DNA of 64,000 nucleotides from Psilocybe cubensis (Eukaryota): NCBI GenBank assembly GCA_017499595.2, contig CM039002.1, positions 2,852,001 to 2,916,000 of the forward strand, read 5' to 3'. Shown piece by piece: positions 52,084 to 64,000 of this stretch (position 1 is its first letter; each line of letters starts with the position of its first letter). The notes under the pieces were generated by a model. It saw only the letters and a program-made list of their open reading frames with translations, ran no database searches and was not told where the DNA came from. The position numbers and the translations under genes were made by a program.

Positions 52084-52765
52084 TCAATCGTCGAATCTAG
52101 GCTGCTTCAAATTACTCCAATCCCATCTTTCGCGATCCCATGAAGGAGGCCTGGTGATAACGTCAGGATGACATCGTACAGTATACTGATCCATCAAATT
52201 CTGAAAATCTGTATTTGCATTATAATTAGACAGTGTAGAGTACGAATTCGTGTTTGGGAAACCTACAGTTGCCTTTGCTAGTTACTATCAGCCTCGTTGA
52301 CGGTAGTTGAAATGGCTCTTTCATCGATAGTGAAGTTGATGAGGCTGTCTCTTGAATTGAGTTGCTTGAGGTTATTGGCCGTGGAGGCACTGATTCTGTC
52401 ATCGACCTCGCTGACGACTTTGCCCGACCGTTGCAGTTACTCTTTTTCCGTCTGTTGATTTGAATTTTTGAACGGCTCTACACAATGTATGTTAACGAAA
52501 ATTAAAAGTGTCCTTAATGATGGTTCGCACTCACCTTGTGGTTATTCGAATGTCTCGTAAAATCGCATCTCTTGAGATGCTTTGTCCAATGTTGAGGGTC
52601 GAAGGGCCATTTCTTCGACAGTAATATGCTCTTCCCGCAACTTTTACACTCCACTGAGTTCTCAGTGACCGATGCTGCCAAGGGGTCACTCAGTAGGGCG
52701 TTACGCCTTGCGATAGCTCTTTTGTAGGAACTACTTTCCGTAGCGTTGTCGTGCAAGACGTCCAT
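52084..52765 (-). CDS. Small protein with CxxC...H...C putative zinc finger
   Basis: LLSDPLAASVTENSVECKSCGKSILLSKKWPFDPQHWTKHLKRC. Two introns; the last exon ends WDWSNLKQPRFDD*. Confidence 0.6.
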
Positions 52766-53449
52766 GTAGAAGTAGAACTTCGCTAACCAGATGTTTGGTC
52801 GTTGACATATGCAAGCACGTGCTACGTAGGCTTTTGAAGTCCGACGCGATGATATCGTTGCCTGCACCGATGGGGCGTGCATACAATCGATGTTATGGAG
52901 CGGTCGTTAGTTTGCGCGGTCGTGTTTTGGTATACCGTTGATGTAAGGCAGTGACAGTTCTCCTGAATTTTTTTTTTTCAAGGTTAACGTGGAGGCGTTT
53001 CAATCAACAAGACAGCGAGGAGCAATTCACCTCGCCACGATATTTTCCCCATATCTGTTAAACTGGGTGGATGTTCGAAAGCATGATTTTGTCAGACCTG
53101 TGTCAACAGATGTTGAGATAAGCTGTATATTATATGGGCCGAGGTTAGCACGTAGAACAAACTTCGTTTTGACGCCTTCAGTGAATGCAAACGCACATTC
53201 CGTTCAGGCGTGCAACAATCCTCCCGTTGCCCGTTCAACTCATTAACTTTCTGTTAATTCGTAGTACAGTATATGTTCTGAAGGATAGACAGCCAACGTG
53301 CTGTCAACCGGCTTCGGTGAGGGTCCGTTTATTTTCGTTCGTTCGATCTCAGTCCAAGCTCGTCTACAGTCAGGAGTGTGAGTATACATCGACTTTCACC
53401 GTGCAATCGGTCTCTCACCTGAATCAATGTATTCCAGACAACTAATATC

Positions 53450-54500
53450 GATTATACCCGTTGTACCGTATTCTCTCAGTAGTGCATCGAGGGGATTCGG
53501 TCATGTTATAGTGTCTCATACCACTCGATACAAGTTTGACCGCAGTAGACCGTTGACGGAAATGAAGAAAAGTGACTGGTATCGCATGGTTTCCACCCTA
53601 AAAGTTGCTTGAGGTTATCAGTGGCGCAACAATCTAAGAGGGGGAAAGTTGTTTGGGTGCTACTTACTGTCAGGATTCTTTTGTATTGATAGAGAGGCGT
53701 ACCGCCCAGACCGTCGAGGGCACTTTGAAAATTGTTGATCACACTGCATTTATAAGTCAGTTGACTCTCAAATACTTTGGCATAAAACTAAACGACTTCA
53801 TGTTGCATTGCGTCAGAAACCACGGAGTGTACGGAAGAAGATCATAGCAGGATGTGAATGGAATATAGGAGACATAGAGGAGTGTACGCAATGCACACAA
53901 CAGAACCCCGGAAGCGGACTGAACAGGCATGTGATCTACCAAAATACCTACTGTCCACTTCCGTTACTCAGAACTGCTTACAGGTGTTACCTTTGTTTCA
54001 CATTTGCTAATGGCCGTACAATTGTGTGCACTAGAGGAATGTGCGTCTTCAACAGGCAACAGTGCCCTCATCAGCACGCAGTCCTTCTACCTCGCACCTT
54101 CAGTACACTCCATCCAATGATACTCTTCACCACAAAAGATTCGCCCGCTCCCTCATCCTCCAACTTCTCCAACCATAGTTGATCAACAGCTCGTAACCGT
54201 ATGAAGAGGATGGAAGAATGTACCGTGATGCCTGTGTTACCGTGAGTGTCAATGTATCCTCTGAAATATACTTTCATTTGAGTGCTCGTGTCTCTTTGCA
54301 CCATCCATCCACCTTGGTCAACGTCTTTACGACAAACGAACGGATAGGTGCGAGACTGTGAGATTAATTGCCGTCTGCTAGGCGCTCGTGAGTTTCACCC
54401 TATATTGTCAACATAGCATGGCACTCACATACAAATAGAGATCCGGGTTCGATCAACCAGTCCGCAACACACTTACTCATACATTGTCGGTGCACACCTA
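53450..54500 (-). CDS. Possible multi-exon gene or relic of unknown function
   Basis: Short minus-strand open segments (MVQRDTSTQMKVYFRGYIDTH; VDQLWLEKLE; GILVDHMPVQ) bounded by GT/AG at intron-like spacing. No full model obtained. Confidence 0.3.
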
Positions 54501-56103
54501 ACTGGGACAACGTCAATAGACGCACCGACATATAGCATAGAAAATGCGGTCCGACGGACGTTAGCGCGTGTATTGGTTTGGAATTCAGCAACCGTGCAAC
54601 CTCAAATCACCCAAACAGAGATGGATCAAAGTTTCTTTGTACACCGCCTACTCTTCAACCCATCCAGTTTCCGTAAAAAACTGCTTAAACGGGAGTCGGT
54701 GTTTGCAATGTGGCACGTCGAGCGTACTGTCGTGAGTTTCAATGTGTTCATAGACCTTCGTCCGAGACATGCTGAAAATGGATGGGTCGTCTAACTTCAG
54801 CAAAAAAACACAAGACATTTACAACGCATGGGACGCGAGATACGGATTAAGACGGCGTCTGGCCAACTGTTAAACGCTAAAGTCTGTATGACTTGCTGTG
54901 TATCCACCGTATAGTTTCGCACTCACAATAATAGGTAGTTCCAATAAGAGGTGTATACAACACGATACAACCCGGCATGTTGGAGAAGTTGAAATTCCTA
55001 GATCAAAGTTGTATTCCATGGTACGTACCCATATTTGAAATGTCTAAATGCGGTGGCTTAATGCAAAATCTGCAGATGTTATTAGTTGGCTTCGTACGTT
55101 GTCAGTTTTTTTTTTTTTACGTGTTCGTGAAGGAATCCCAAGTAAGTCTAGAGAGGGTGATACAAATAACGTGAAAAGACTTACCTCTGTGTCAGTACTT
55201 CAACATGATAGTCCGCCTCTTGACTATGGACATTTATTGGGGTCTTTGTATCTGCGGTGTAACGTCAGGCAATACAATTGCGCGCAACAGGGCACTTCAA
55301 TGGACCAAAATCATTATGCCACACCTATGAACCATACACCAGCATATAAATGCGCTTAAGAATAAACCATACCTACGTCGTAGGTTTGTTTCGAACAGGC
55401 TATCCGAGCTGAACGAGTATTCAAGATGACCTATATCAAACAAAGCGTTTCCGTAGCACCTGCACCGCATCGAGTGTGACTGATATGGCTTGTAGTGGTT
55501 CGTTCGGATAAATATTCGTTTGGAGGTCGATGCAGAGTCTGAGTCTGTTCATGTCGGTATCAAGATGGCCTTCGTATCGATGACCTGGGCGATTCGGGTG
55601 AGTCTTCGACACCTGGCGATACTCTCGATTATGACACTTATCTCAACTCCTAGCAACGGACACCATATACCAGAATGCCGTTGTATATTGGACAACATCT
55701 CAGGTAGGTCGCCTGGTGTAAAGTTAAAGTTTATCATGTCCAGAGTCATGCGCGTATGACATCGTAAGCTTTTATATCCTGATTATGTTTGAAATTTACT
55801 CACCATCGCCTACAAGAGGGCGTGATATCTGTCTCGGCTTTCATTCAATCATGGCTTCTCATGGTCTACAGCGTCTGAGTCGCTGATTCGATGTTGTAGT
55901 AGCCCGTAAACAGCATTATCAGCCAATGTTCGCTTGTCCGATTTCCGTTTGGAGCCCGCGCTCTGAATGCCGAACAATCCGTGACCAGCGACGAAAGTCC
56001 ATATATGGTGGCCTTCCCATTTTCCATTTGCCACGTAATTTGTATCCCGCCAACTTCTTACCATCACCTGCATCTGCGGCCCCTCAAAACCAGCGAACAA
56101 AGA

Positions 56104-57444
56104 ATGGACGTAAATATAGGTAAGGCAGCATTCTTCGTAAACCTTTTCTAACAACAAACTAACGAACTTATTTGTTTCCTCTTTATTTTACAGTCGCAGC
56201 ATACGGATTGGCTTTCAGCCATGCCTTGGCCATTTTTTTGGTCGTCTTCAGGCTCATTATCAGGCGGTGCGACAAACGGTGTTGGTACGACGATGGGCTG
56301 GCGGCTGTGGCTGTGGTTGCAGACTTTGTCATTGCCCTCACATTGTTTAAATTGGGTGCGTTGTGATACTTTTTTTTTTTTTTTTTTTCTTTTTGTAGCC
56401 AGTCTTTTTTTATTTTACATTGATTGACATATATCATGGGGTTGCTATGTATAGCCATCGACACACCTACCGCCCTTCCTGTTTCCTACCGAGTCGAACT
56501 ATTTGCGTTCTTTATAGTTTTGTGGTGCGTAGTCACTTTCCACAACAAGCATGGCCACTTATTACTACGAATGCGCTGTCCAGGGTCTCCCGCGCCAGTA
56601 TAGTGCTATCACCGAATCGACTGCACAAGGCCAAACAACTCCGTGTATTATGGGGCTGGCTGTACGCTGTCATATTCATCGCAATCGGCATTATCTTCTC
56701 CACTTTCGCCATATTTGTGTGCAAGGTCAACACCGATTGCAAGTCGGATACTGTGTGTCCATGCCAACCACCTTACATTCTGCTGTTGTTTTCTCTTATA
56801 GGTAAGTCACACTTCATCTAATCGACTGCCCATTGCTGACTGCTATATAGCTGAACTCATTGCTGATATCTTGATTATTCGACGAAGCTGGACTATACTA
56901 ATAGTAGAAACCCGCGTGTCCTTTTTCAGACTGACGCACCGTTGGCGTGCCGTCGCGTTAGGTTACAACAGCAGCGTTTTCATAATGCTGTCCAGCGCCG
57001 TGTGGTTCGGGATTTACGTCAAGTTAGCTCAACAATATCCAATGTTAGTTGTGTATGCATTAAGCGCTACTGTGAGTTCTTTATCTACACCATCATCTAC
57101 AACATTGCTTCATTCTGCCTCAGGCCCTCGTGTCCTTATTGGCCATCAATGTGCCCGTCATCACGGGACCTCCAAGCAACAAAGGTCGTCGCACCCGCCT
57201 TCCAGTTGCGGGGCAAGACGTCATTCAACTAAATCGTCTCCAACCAACCACCGCTGCAGGACATGATGTTATTCAACACAATCGTCTCCAACCGATGACC
57301 GATGCGGTAAATCACGAAACATTGGCAAATATAGCAGAGGCAGTGGATCGCAACGCTTCCAAGATATACAGTGACAAAGATTCAGGCAAGGACATACAGT
57401 TTAGGGCGCCCAATAATTCTGTGGAAAGTTTGTTCGACGACTAG
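56104..57444 (+). CDS. Divergent PTH11/fungal rhodopsin-domain-like multi-pass membrane protein
   Basis: MDVNI|VAAYGLAFSHALAIFLVVFRLIIRRCDKRCWYDDGLAAVA, WVSRASIVLS and ELIADILII, matching the family pattern RL..R...W.DD / R.SI / D..AD. Confidence 0.6.
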
Positions 57445-57618
57445 TAAACCGTATGCCAGTGCATGGTATCAATCCACACAATTAGCGCAGTCGATACATG
57501 AATGTTCAGTGTTATATAGATAGTTGCATGCTATATATATATTTTATAACTCGTTGATGAGGATGTCTGTATTGGTTACATTGTAGAGCATACAACACAT
57601 ATGACATACAGTAAACAA

Positions 57619-60322
57619 TTATGGCAAATGAGTACTAATGTAAATATCGTGTTCGTGTCTCATCTGATTCCGATTAGCATTCTTTCTCTTTTGAGTTTCA
57701 TAGGCCACACAACAATTTTCGGTTGGCGTCAATAGCTCGCCATCCACTATTTGATCAGCTCCTCGATCAGTGGGCAGTACTTGTTTGACCACCAATACCA
57801 CGCCATTGGTATCCTTCCTAGAATGCACACGTCTGACGCATTTACCCGCGTGTTCTCCTTCAATGATGGCTAATAACCCAAAGTCGTGCTTGATGGTAGG
57901 ATGTTTGGGCTTTATATGGGTCGATTCAATCCGTAACGTCCGCTTCGAATTGGGTGTAAATCGCATCATGCACAGCTGCCCATCCACGTCCTCCTGAACG
58001 ATTACAAACAACGGAGAAACGTGTCCATCGACGGTTGCCTCTTCCACCGTCAAAGGAACTCCAATCAGCTCTCGTTTCAACAAAAGATTACAAGGAGTGG
58101 TTAAAGATGCAACGTTGGTACCGTCGCTTGAATTTACGACGACGGTTCCTATGCTAATGCTTGTTAAATCTTCTGAATGGTCAGATGGATCCCACGCAGG
58201 CGAGGTGTCCTCAATAGTATCAGGCAATGGTGTATGTCTGCCACTGTCAGCGCTTTCAGTTCCTGTGGTTATTATGATCGATGGGTTGGCGAAGTTACGA
58301 GACTGGTGGACAGCGTTCGAATCATACGTCTTCGACAGGCTTAGAGGCTCAAAGGTACTACAAGCCGTGAGCGCGAGTACAAATCGGTAAATGAAATACG
58401 CTTACCTGTATTCCAGTACGTCGTCTCTGTTCAAAACAATTTTCTTGAAGGGATTCGACGGATCATATCGAGTCGGCTCTACAACTAAACGCAACTCAGG
58501 TTGACCTGTTCTTGGGCTTACGGACTGTAGTACCTCGGCGACAATGCCGATTAAGCCTTTGAACGTATGATGTACCTTGCTCACTATCACAGTTACACCT
58601 TTCCAACGATGATATCGGGTCGTGTGTGATGTTGGGATAAGCGCGAGGAGCGATGAAGGCTGACATGTCGTCGCATCTCCCAGAGAAACGAAATTCCTGT
58701 GCATATATATAATCTGAGATGTATGCATGAGCCAGAGTATATATACGGTTAAATGACAAATACTTGCCTCCAACATCGAGTCGGCTGTATTGATTTGCTG
58801 GTCTTTTGTAGTGCCTTGCTTATCGATTAGTTGTATTTCATCTCCCTTGATGTCCACGACCCAACCCGATCGTCCAGCATTAACGCCAGCGTCAACCCCT
58901 ACGTAATCCCCTATTTCGAAATGTTTTAAGATGTCACTCCATACGGTGCGTATTGTTGTCAACAGCTGGGTCGTAGTTGTATCAACTCTGTGGATTTCAG
59001 TTTCGTTGTAATGTTGACCAGTTTCGTCATGGTCGCAGCCTTTGTTGTATATATCGACATCGACCATATTATCGTCGTCGGCTTGCGCAATGACTCCGAG
59101 CCAACCTGTAGATCTCATTACCACCCATTCCATGGTTCGCATGATCCATTCCTTTGGCTTTGGTATCGGCGCGTGATGGAGTGCGGGATGCCCACTCATA
59201 CAAAATGATGTATACGTCACGTAACTCAGACCTTCACGACATGAGGCAACGTGTCTGGGATCGTAGTCCACCCGGGCCAAACCATGCTCAAAGATCAGAT
59301 CACCTACGCGATAGACAGATGCTCTGCCTGATTCTATGTATAAATGAGAGTTACGAAGGCCTGTCGGATCGAATAGCTTAGGCGCGGGCACCGCAGTGTA
59401 TGTCTTCCGTTTACGAGATGACTTCGTTTTGGTGGACACGTACTCGTAACGGGGGATCATAAGCATTGACACCCCCCACGATCCTTTCGAAACGACAAAG
59501 CCTACATCGCCTTTGTATACACCTCGTTTAACCTTGAGCCATTTTCCGACCGATAGGTTCGTAATGTCCCCTCCCATGTACAACAGTTGCTGAGCCTCAT
59601 TCTTATCGATCGGACTCAGGAGCACGTCCGTAGTTTTTACGATGATGCCGGGCGATCTTTTGATAAGGTCAATCATAGGCTGATCCATCAAACATTCCAA
59701 GTATATGTATCCATGTACAGAACTGCGTGAAAACGCGGACCGAATATGATGTTCTCGGCGCGAGTTTTTGAGTAAAGAAGCGACCGCGATTTCTTCGTAT
59801 CCGACCTTACGTATTGTTCATCGATATGGTTGGCAACACACAAATTTAATTCGATGGTATTAAACTTACTTTACATCCAATCCTCCATGTAGGATAGTCC
59901 GTGGGCAGATTTTCGAAGCCCGAATCAGTGTTTCCGTGCGGTGACAAAACAGTAGGATTGTCAGCGTTTGAATACAATGGTTCCACACCCCGGTACATAT
60001 CAGAGGCGGGCAGTGAGTGAGATCTACCACGTGTTCTCTCTTCAATTTGTTGAATTACGAGGGCCAGTCGGTCTCTCTTTGTAACAGGAATGGGTTTGTC
60101 CATTGCCACAGATGATGAACCGTCACAATCTTCATGGGATTGAGTTCCGTCGTCGATGAAGCATTCTGCGAGTAAATTTGGTTTATCTCGTATGTTGGAA
60201 TGACATGAGACTGAGTAAAACGAAATATTATGCGCACCAAATTCGTCAGATTCGGCTGAACCATCCTCTGAATCTCCGTGATCGACATTCGCTTCTAAGT
60301 CCAAGAATGGGTTGGGAGCCAT
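57619..60322 (-). CDS. Divergent Spt5-like protein (acidic N-terminus, NGN, several KOW motifs), ~800 aa, 5 exons
   Basis: NPFLDLEANVD..acidic..FIDD; NGN WRIGCK|VGYEE...GYIYLE; KOW GKWLKVKRGVYKGDVGFV, FEIGDYVGVDAGVNAGRSGWVVDI and GVTVIV..HTFKGLIGIV; one TP...SPAWDP; final IIEGEHAGK. Confidence 0.8.
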
Positions 60323-60924
60323 AGGTAGTCTAAAAAGAAGCAGAAAAAAAATTAAAAATTTGCCGTTTATATGTATAGCATTGCGTGAGTAGATATAGAC
60401 ATACTAAAGCAACGACTCTGCAAAGCAGTCGCTGACAGGTTTAAGGTGTTCTTCAAAATGAACTATCGATTTGAACACATTTAGAATACCATCAATATTT
60501 CTATCATATATCGTAATATAACCTACAGCCTAACAAATATTGTATATTAGCCTTGAAGATACGAATACTGGTACGATGTGGCAGCAAATGACAACGTCGA
60601 AAAAGGTGTTCAAGTCGGATAGGCACAGTTCTTAAACAGAGCGGTGAACGAAATTTCGGCAAGTTCCGATATCCCTTTGATGCGAAGGTATTAAAGGAAC
60701 ATGTACGACATTCTCCCACGCTTTTGGATCGTCCTTTCAACCACACGATGCTCGATGCAATGTAGTCTATGGGTTCAGATTATACAGCTGAGTCTAATAG
60801 ACTGATACGCTGCGACACTATCGAACGATAAATACCATACTGATATGAATATAAACAGTTGTTATCTGAGCATGTATCAACTGAGGCCTCCATAACCATA
60901 AAACACTTTGGATAAATTTTCATC

Positions 60925-63900
60925 TTATTCCCTCGCGTAAATAGCATACAATGCATGTTTCAAGTTTCCCCCATTTACGGAAATGCGTAGCCATTGAGAT
61001 ACATCATTAACAAGGTCATGAACATTACCCTCCTTTACGCATCTATTTCCAGTAGTAATGCCGTCGTGGAACCACACGTCCCCTTGCAGGTCAACATACC
61101 GAGAAACAAAATGATGTTGCCCGCCGTAGACAACCCCAGTAAGCTTATACTCTACGTTGAAACTATCCGATTTGAACATAATATCAGGGTTTATAGCAAA
61201 CCGTGGCGAGCATATATCCACTGTCATAATGTAAGGTAATCGTTCAACCTTATGGCATAGCGACATATATACGATATGCTGATTTTGTGCACACGAAGGG
61301 CAATTCTTCGAACTCAATCGTTGAGCATCGCTCAGGTTAAAACCTAAACTGTCTGAAATAGAAGACACCTCCTGGGAGTCGTCGTGGAAAACGCCAGTGC
61401 GTGCCACACTTATATATTCGCCTAGTCGCATTACGGGTCTTTGGTCATTGTAGCCGCATTTACTGCACACGAGAACAGACATTCCAGAAGATCGCTGGCC
61501 CATCACAGCGGTCATAACTCTGTCAATGTATGTCATATTTGGACCCATAGGAAAATCAAGCGGGCTGCGTGAGTGCATATCGTTTCTGACGTCGTTTCGT
61601 GCGCTCTCTAGAGAAATTGATCCATTCTGCACAAGTGCGAATTGTCCGCTGAGTCTGTCTAATAACGGTGTCAAATCACTGAATCTATTGGTCCACATCT
61701 CAGGTGCACTTATCCATAGGTTATATAACACGGTAAAGATGGAGTCGTAACTGCAACTGTAGTTGTCCGCGTCCCACTTTGTACCTACAGGTAGGACCGC
61801 AAACTCGGAGGGTGTGCTTAGCAACATTCGTTTCCTCGGTCCTATACAGTCTGAGCGAATTGGTTGGCGCTTATTGCGCTTATCTTTTGCCCTGTCGGTG
61901 ACAATTGCCTTAACACTGTTGAGAGACCAGGTGCCGTCCTTTTCCGGAGTTCTGATAAGCTGCTTTGATGAAGAGACTGCCAAGGTAGGATGCCAGTCTG
62001 TACCAATGGATTGCGATACGTCGAGAAGCATGAAAGACCGAATTGTCGGATTCCTTAATCCATGCAACACGCCGTCTGGAAGCTGTCCATTGTATTTCAT
62101 GGTGGTGATATGATCTAATATATTGAGTTCACGGAATTCCTGGCGCAGGTGCCCACTAATACCCTTTGTAATCTTAGACGCATCGAATCTACCGAGTAAG
62201 ATGGTACCACTGGCGTTCGAACTTCTAGATACACAGGTGTAATAAGACGAATGATCCTTACAATGATCTAAATGTATCAAGTTATAATCTCGCGTCTTAC
62301 CTTGAGACGAATAATCGGTCATGGCAAAATTGGGCAGCACTAATACCTGCTGGCGGTTTACATTGATTTTTGTGCCAGACTTGAGAGTACATGTTACTCG
62401 AGACGACGTTCGCGTAAGTGGAACAACATTAACAGGCAAGTCAGCTAATGATACAGGGTTCGGCGGTCTGATTAATTCCACGAACAGCGTATCAAGTACA
62501 GGTCTACCAAACGCACCAACAGAAGATTCCCATCCTACGACGACAGCCTCCTGTCCTTTAGTGATACACAACTCTGTGGCGTCGTTATGCCGTATCATAA
62601 CTGGCAGACCTACGCACAGAGAAAGTTTTGCTGGCACTTGTTCGCTAGAACAGGCGCTGCGACCCCATAGGGCTTCCTGAAGACGCTGGGACATCTTTGT
62701 CTGTTTGGTTGCTTTAGACGATCCTGATGGTCGTCCGCGAGGCCTGCGAGTTTCTCCTTCTTGTGTACCCAGACTATCGACAGAGAAAAAATGATGCAAT
62801 GTACGTCCGCTCTCTTTAGCGTATCTTGCGATGCCCTGCTCATTGAACCTATCCTTTTGATTATTCCACGCAGTGATAACAGATACGTTGCGAAAAGCAG
62901 GGTCAGTCAATATAGGTTTACCTTCAATAGTCGTCAGTTTAGAAGCTAACCTTGACTTGAGGAACGATATATCAGCGTCTGTACAGGCGGCATACCGCAT
63001 GTTTTCAAGTGCAGTGCGCAACTTTGCGTCTTCCTCAGTCTGCGTTTTTTGTCTCATGTTTTGTTTTAGAATAACGACAGTCGTGAATTGGTGCCAGAAT
63101 ATCTTGCCTAGAGTAGCTTCTTGCTCGGACACCTTCATGCGAGCGTCTTGCGTATGTTTAATGGAAGGACTATAAAAGGGGAGATTACCTACCGGCGGTA
63201 GCTGAGCGAAGTCACCAGCTAAGATCATTGATATACCTCCGAACAGTGTATCGTCGTTAAACACTTGTGACAGACGTCTACTAATGGCATATAAATCCCT
63301 CGACGACAGCATAGATATTTCATCAATAAAGATATACTTGACACCCTTTAATCGAGCTCGTACGTCATTTATTACTGCGACTTCGTTTTTTGAAAAGTCT
63401 TGACCACGATCCGACTTGGACCGTATTCCTAATACACTGTGATAAGTAGATCCGTTGAGGAGTGCAGCAGCGGTACCTGTGGGTGCGAGAACCACAAATC
63501 GGTGAGATTCGCCTCTCGACTCAAACATATGAATGATAGATTTGATCACTTGACTTTTGCCAGTACCGCCCATGCCACCGAGATGCATCCTCAGCTGACC
63601 AGGCGACAGCAAACTAGCGTGATTGGCAACAATACGGAAAGCCCTTTCCTGTTCCGTATTCAAGGTGAAATCGGCGACTGTAGAATCTACTAACACATTA
63701 TGTTCCATTTGCTTTGCCTTGTACGACCTGAGCAGATAATCCGAAGAAACTACTTTGACGTCATTAGTAGACTCTTCGTTGGAAATATGAATGTTTGTTA
63801 TATCATCTGAGGGATCTGAAGGCACGTAACCGGACAACTTCTGTTTAAACAGTCTAATTTTTTCAGCTTTTATTAGAGATGCCCAGCTCGTATGCGTCTT

Positions 63901-64000
63901 GTATTCAGCAGGCCTGAACATGCTGACTTCTTGACATGTAACATCGCTAGAGGCGTTAGAAAACAATCCTGCAGATTGTATGATGCCATCTACTTCTCGC
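60925..64000 (-). CDS. Helitron-type Pif1 (SF1B) helicase fused to a C-terminal USP-like cysteine protease domain; 5'-partial
   Basis: Intronless frame open to the window edge. Helicase motifs GMGGTGKS, LAPTGTAA, IDEISML, GDFAQLPPV, LKQNMRQ, FAMTDYSSQGKT and YTCVSR. C-terminal NYSCSYDS...CSKC...CPSC...GVVYGGQHHFVSR...WFHDG. Confidence 0.88.
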   Translation of the reverse strand, partial: REVDGIIQSAGLFSNASSDVTCQEVSMFRPAEYKTHTSWASLIKAEKIRLFKQKLSGYVPSDPSDDITNIHISNEESTNDVKVVSSDYLLRSYKAKQMEHNVLVDSTVADFTLNTEQERAFRIVANHASLLSPGQLRMHLGGMGGTGKSQVIKSIIHMFESRGESHRFVVLAPTGTAAALLNGSTYHSVLGIRSKSDRGQDFSKNEVAVINDVRARLKGVKYIFIDEISMLSSRDLYAISRRLSQVFNDDTLFGGISMILAGDFAQLPPVGNLPFYSPSIKHTQDARMKVSEQEATLGKIFWHQFTTVVILKQNMRQKTQTEEDAKLRTALENMRYAACTDADISFLKSRLASKLTTIEGKPILTDPAFRNVSVITAWNNQKDRFNEQGIARYAKESGRTLHHFFSVDSLGTQEGETRRPRGRPSGSSKATKQTKMSQRLQEALWGRSACSSEQVPAKLSLCVGLPVMIRHNDATELCITKGQEAVVVGWESSVGAFGRPVLDTLFVELIRPPNPVSLADLPVNVVPLTRTSSRVTCTLKSGTKINVNRQQVLVLPNFAMTDYSSQGKTRDYNLIHLDHCKDHSSYYTCVSRSSNASGTILLGRFDASKITKGISGHLRQEFRELNILDHITTMKYNGQLPDGVLHGLRNPTIRSFMLLDVSQSIGTDWHPTLAVSSSKQLIRTPEKDGTWSLNSVKAIVTDRAKDKRNKRQPIRSDCIGPRKRMLLSTPSEFAVLPVGTKWDADNYSCSYDSIFTVLYNLWISAPEMWTNRFSDLTPLLDRLSGQFALVQNGSISLESARNDVRNDMHSRSPLDFPMGPNMTYIDRVMTAVMGQRSSGMSVLVCSKCGYNDQRPVMRLGEYISVARTGVFHDDSQEVSSISDSLGFNLSDAQRLSSKNCPSCAQNQHIVYMSLCHKVERLPYIMTVDICSPRFAINPDIMFKSDSFNVEYKLTGVVYGGQHHFVSRYVDLQGDVWFHDGITTGNRCVKEGNVHDLVNDVSQWLRISVNGGNLKHALYAIYARE

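Larger units (their letters stand above)
52000..64000 (-). mobile_element. Probable large Helitron-like element with cargo genes; left boundary not defined
   Basis: Helitron-type helicase ORF with an adjacent co-oriented divergent Spt5-like gene, then lineage-specific or degenerate genes. No terminus identified. Confidence 0.55.

Noticed and set aside
51960-53000. Helitron 3' terminus (hairpin plus CTRR) on the minus strand
   Set aside because: Only an imperfect AT-rich palindrome near 52031-52055 and a poly-T run were found; no convincing terminus.

Overview
Intron-rich fungal DNA, most likely an agaricomycete (mushroom-forming basidiomycete), judged from short ~50-60 nt GT-AG introns, an AA14 LPMO and a DUF6533 gene. 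The ORF track fragments nearly every gene, so I spliced the gene models by eye and internal boundaries are approximate. The first ~52 kb holds ordinary genes: TECR/TSC13, an intron-containing tRNA-Lys, an ABHD11-like hydrolase, AA14, an ECM11-like protein, ABCB1/MDR1, an intact and a pseudogenised DAL5-type MFS, DUF6533, PPE1, DUF829, a ricin-B lectin fusion, a TPR protein, formamidase and GUP1. It also holds a nested pair of CAC-ended foldback elements with 3-bp TSDs, and two secreted precursors that look like sources of amphipathic peptides. The last ~12 kb looks like the distal part of a large Helitron-like element running off the right edge. It carries an intronless Pif1-type helicase fused to a USP-like cysteine protease domain, followed co-directionally by a divergent Spt5-like (NGN+KOW) gene and further possible cargo. 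That module and the cationic-peptide polyprotein at 46.0-46.8 kb are the most notable candidates. No databases were searched; family assignments come from recognised motifs.
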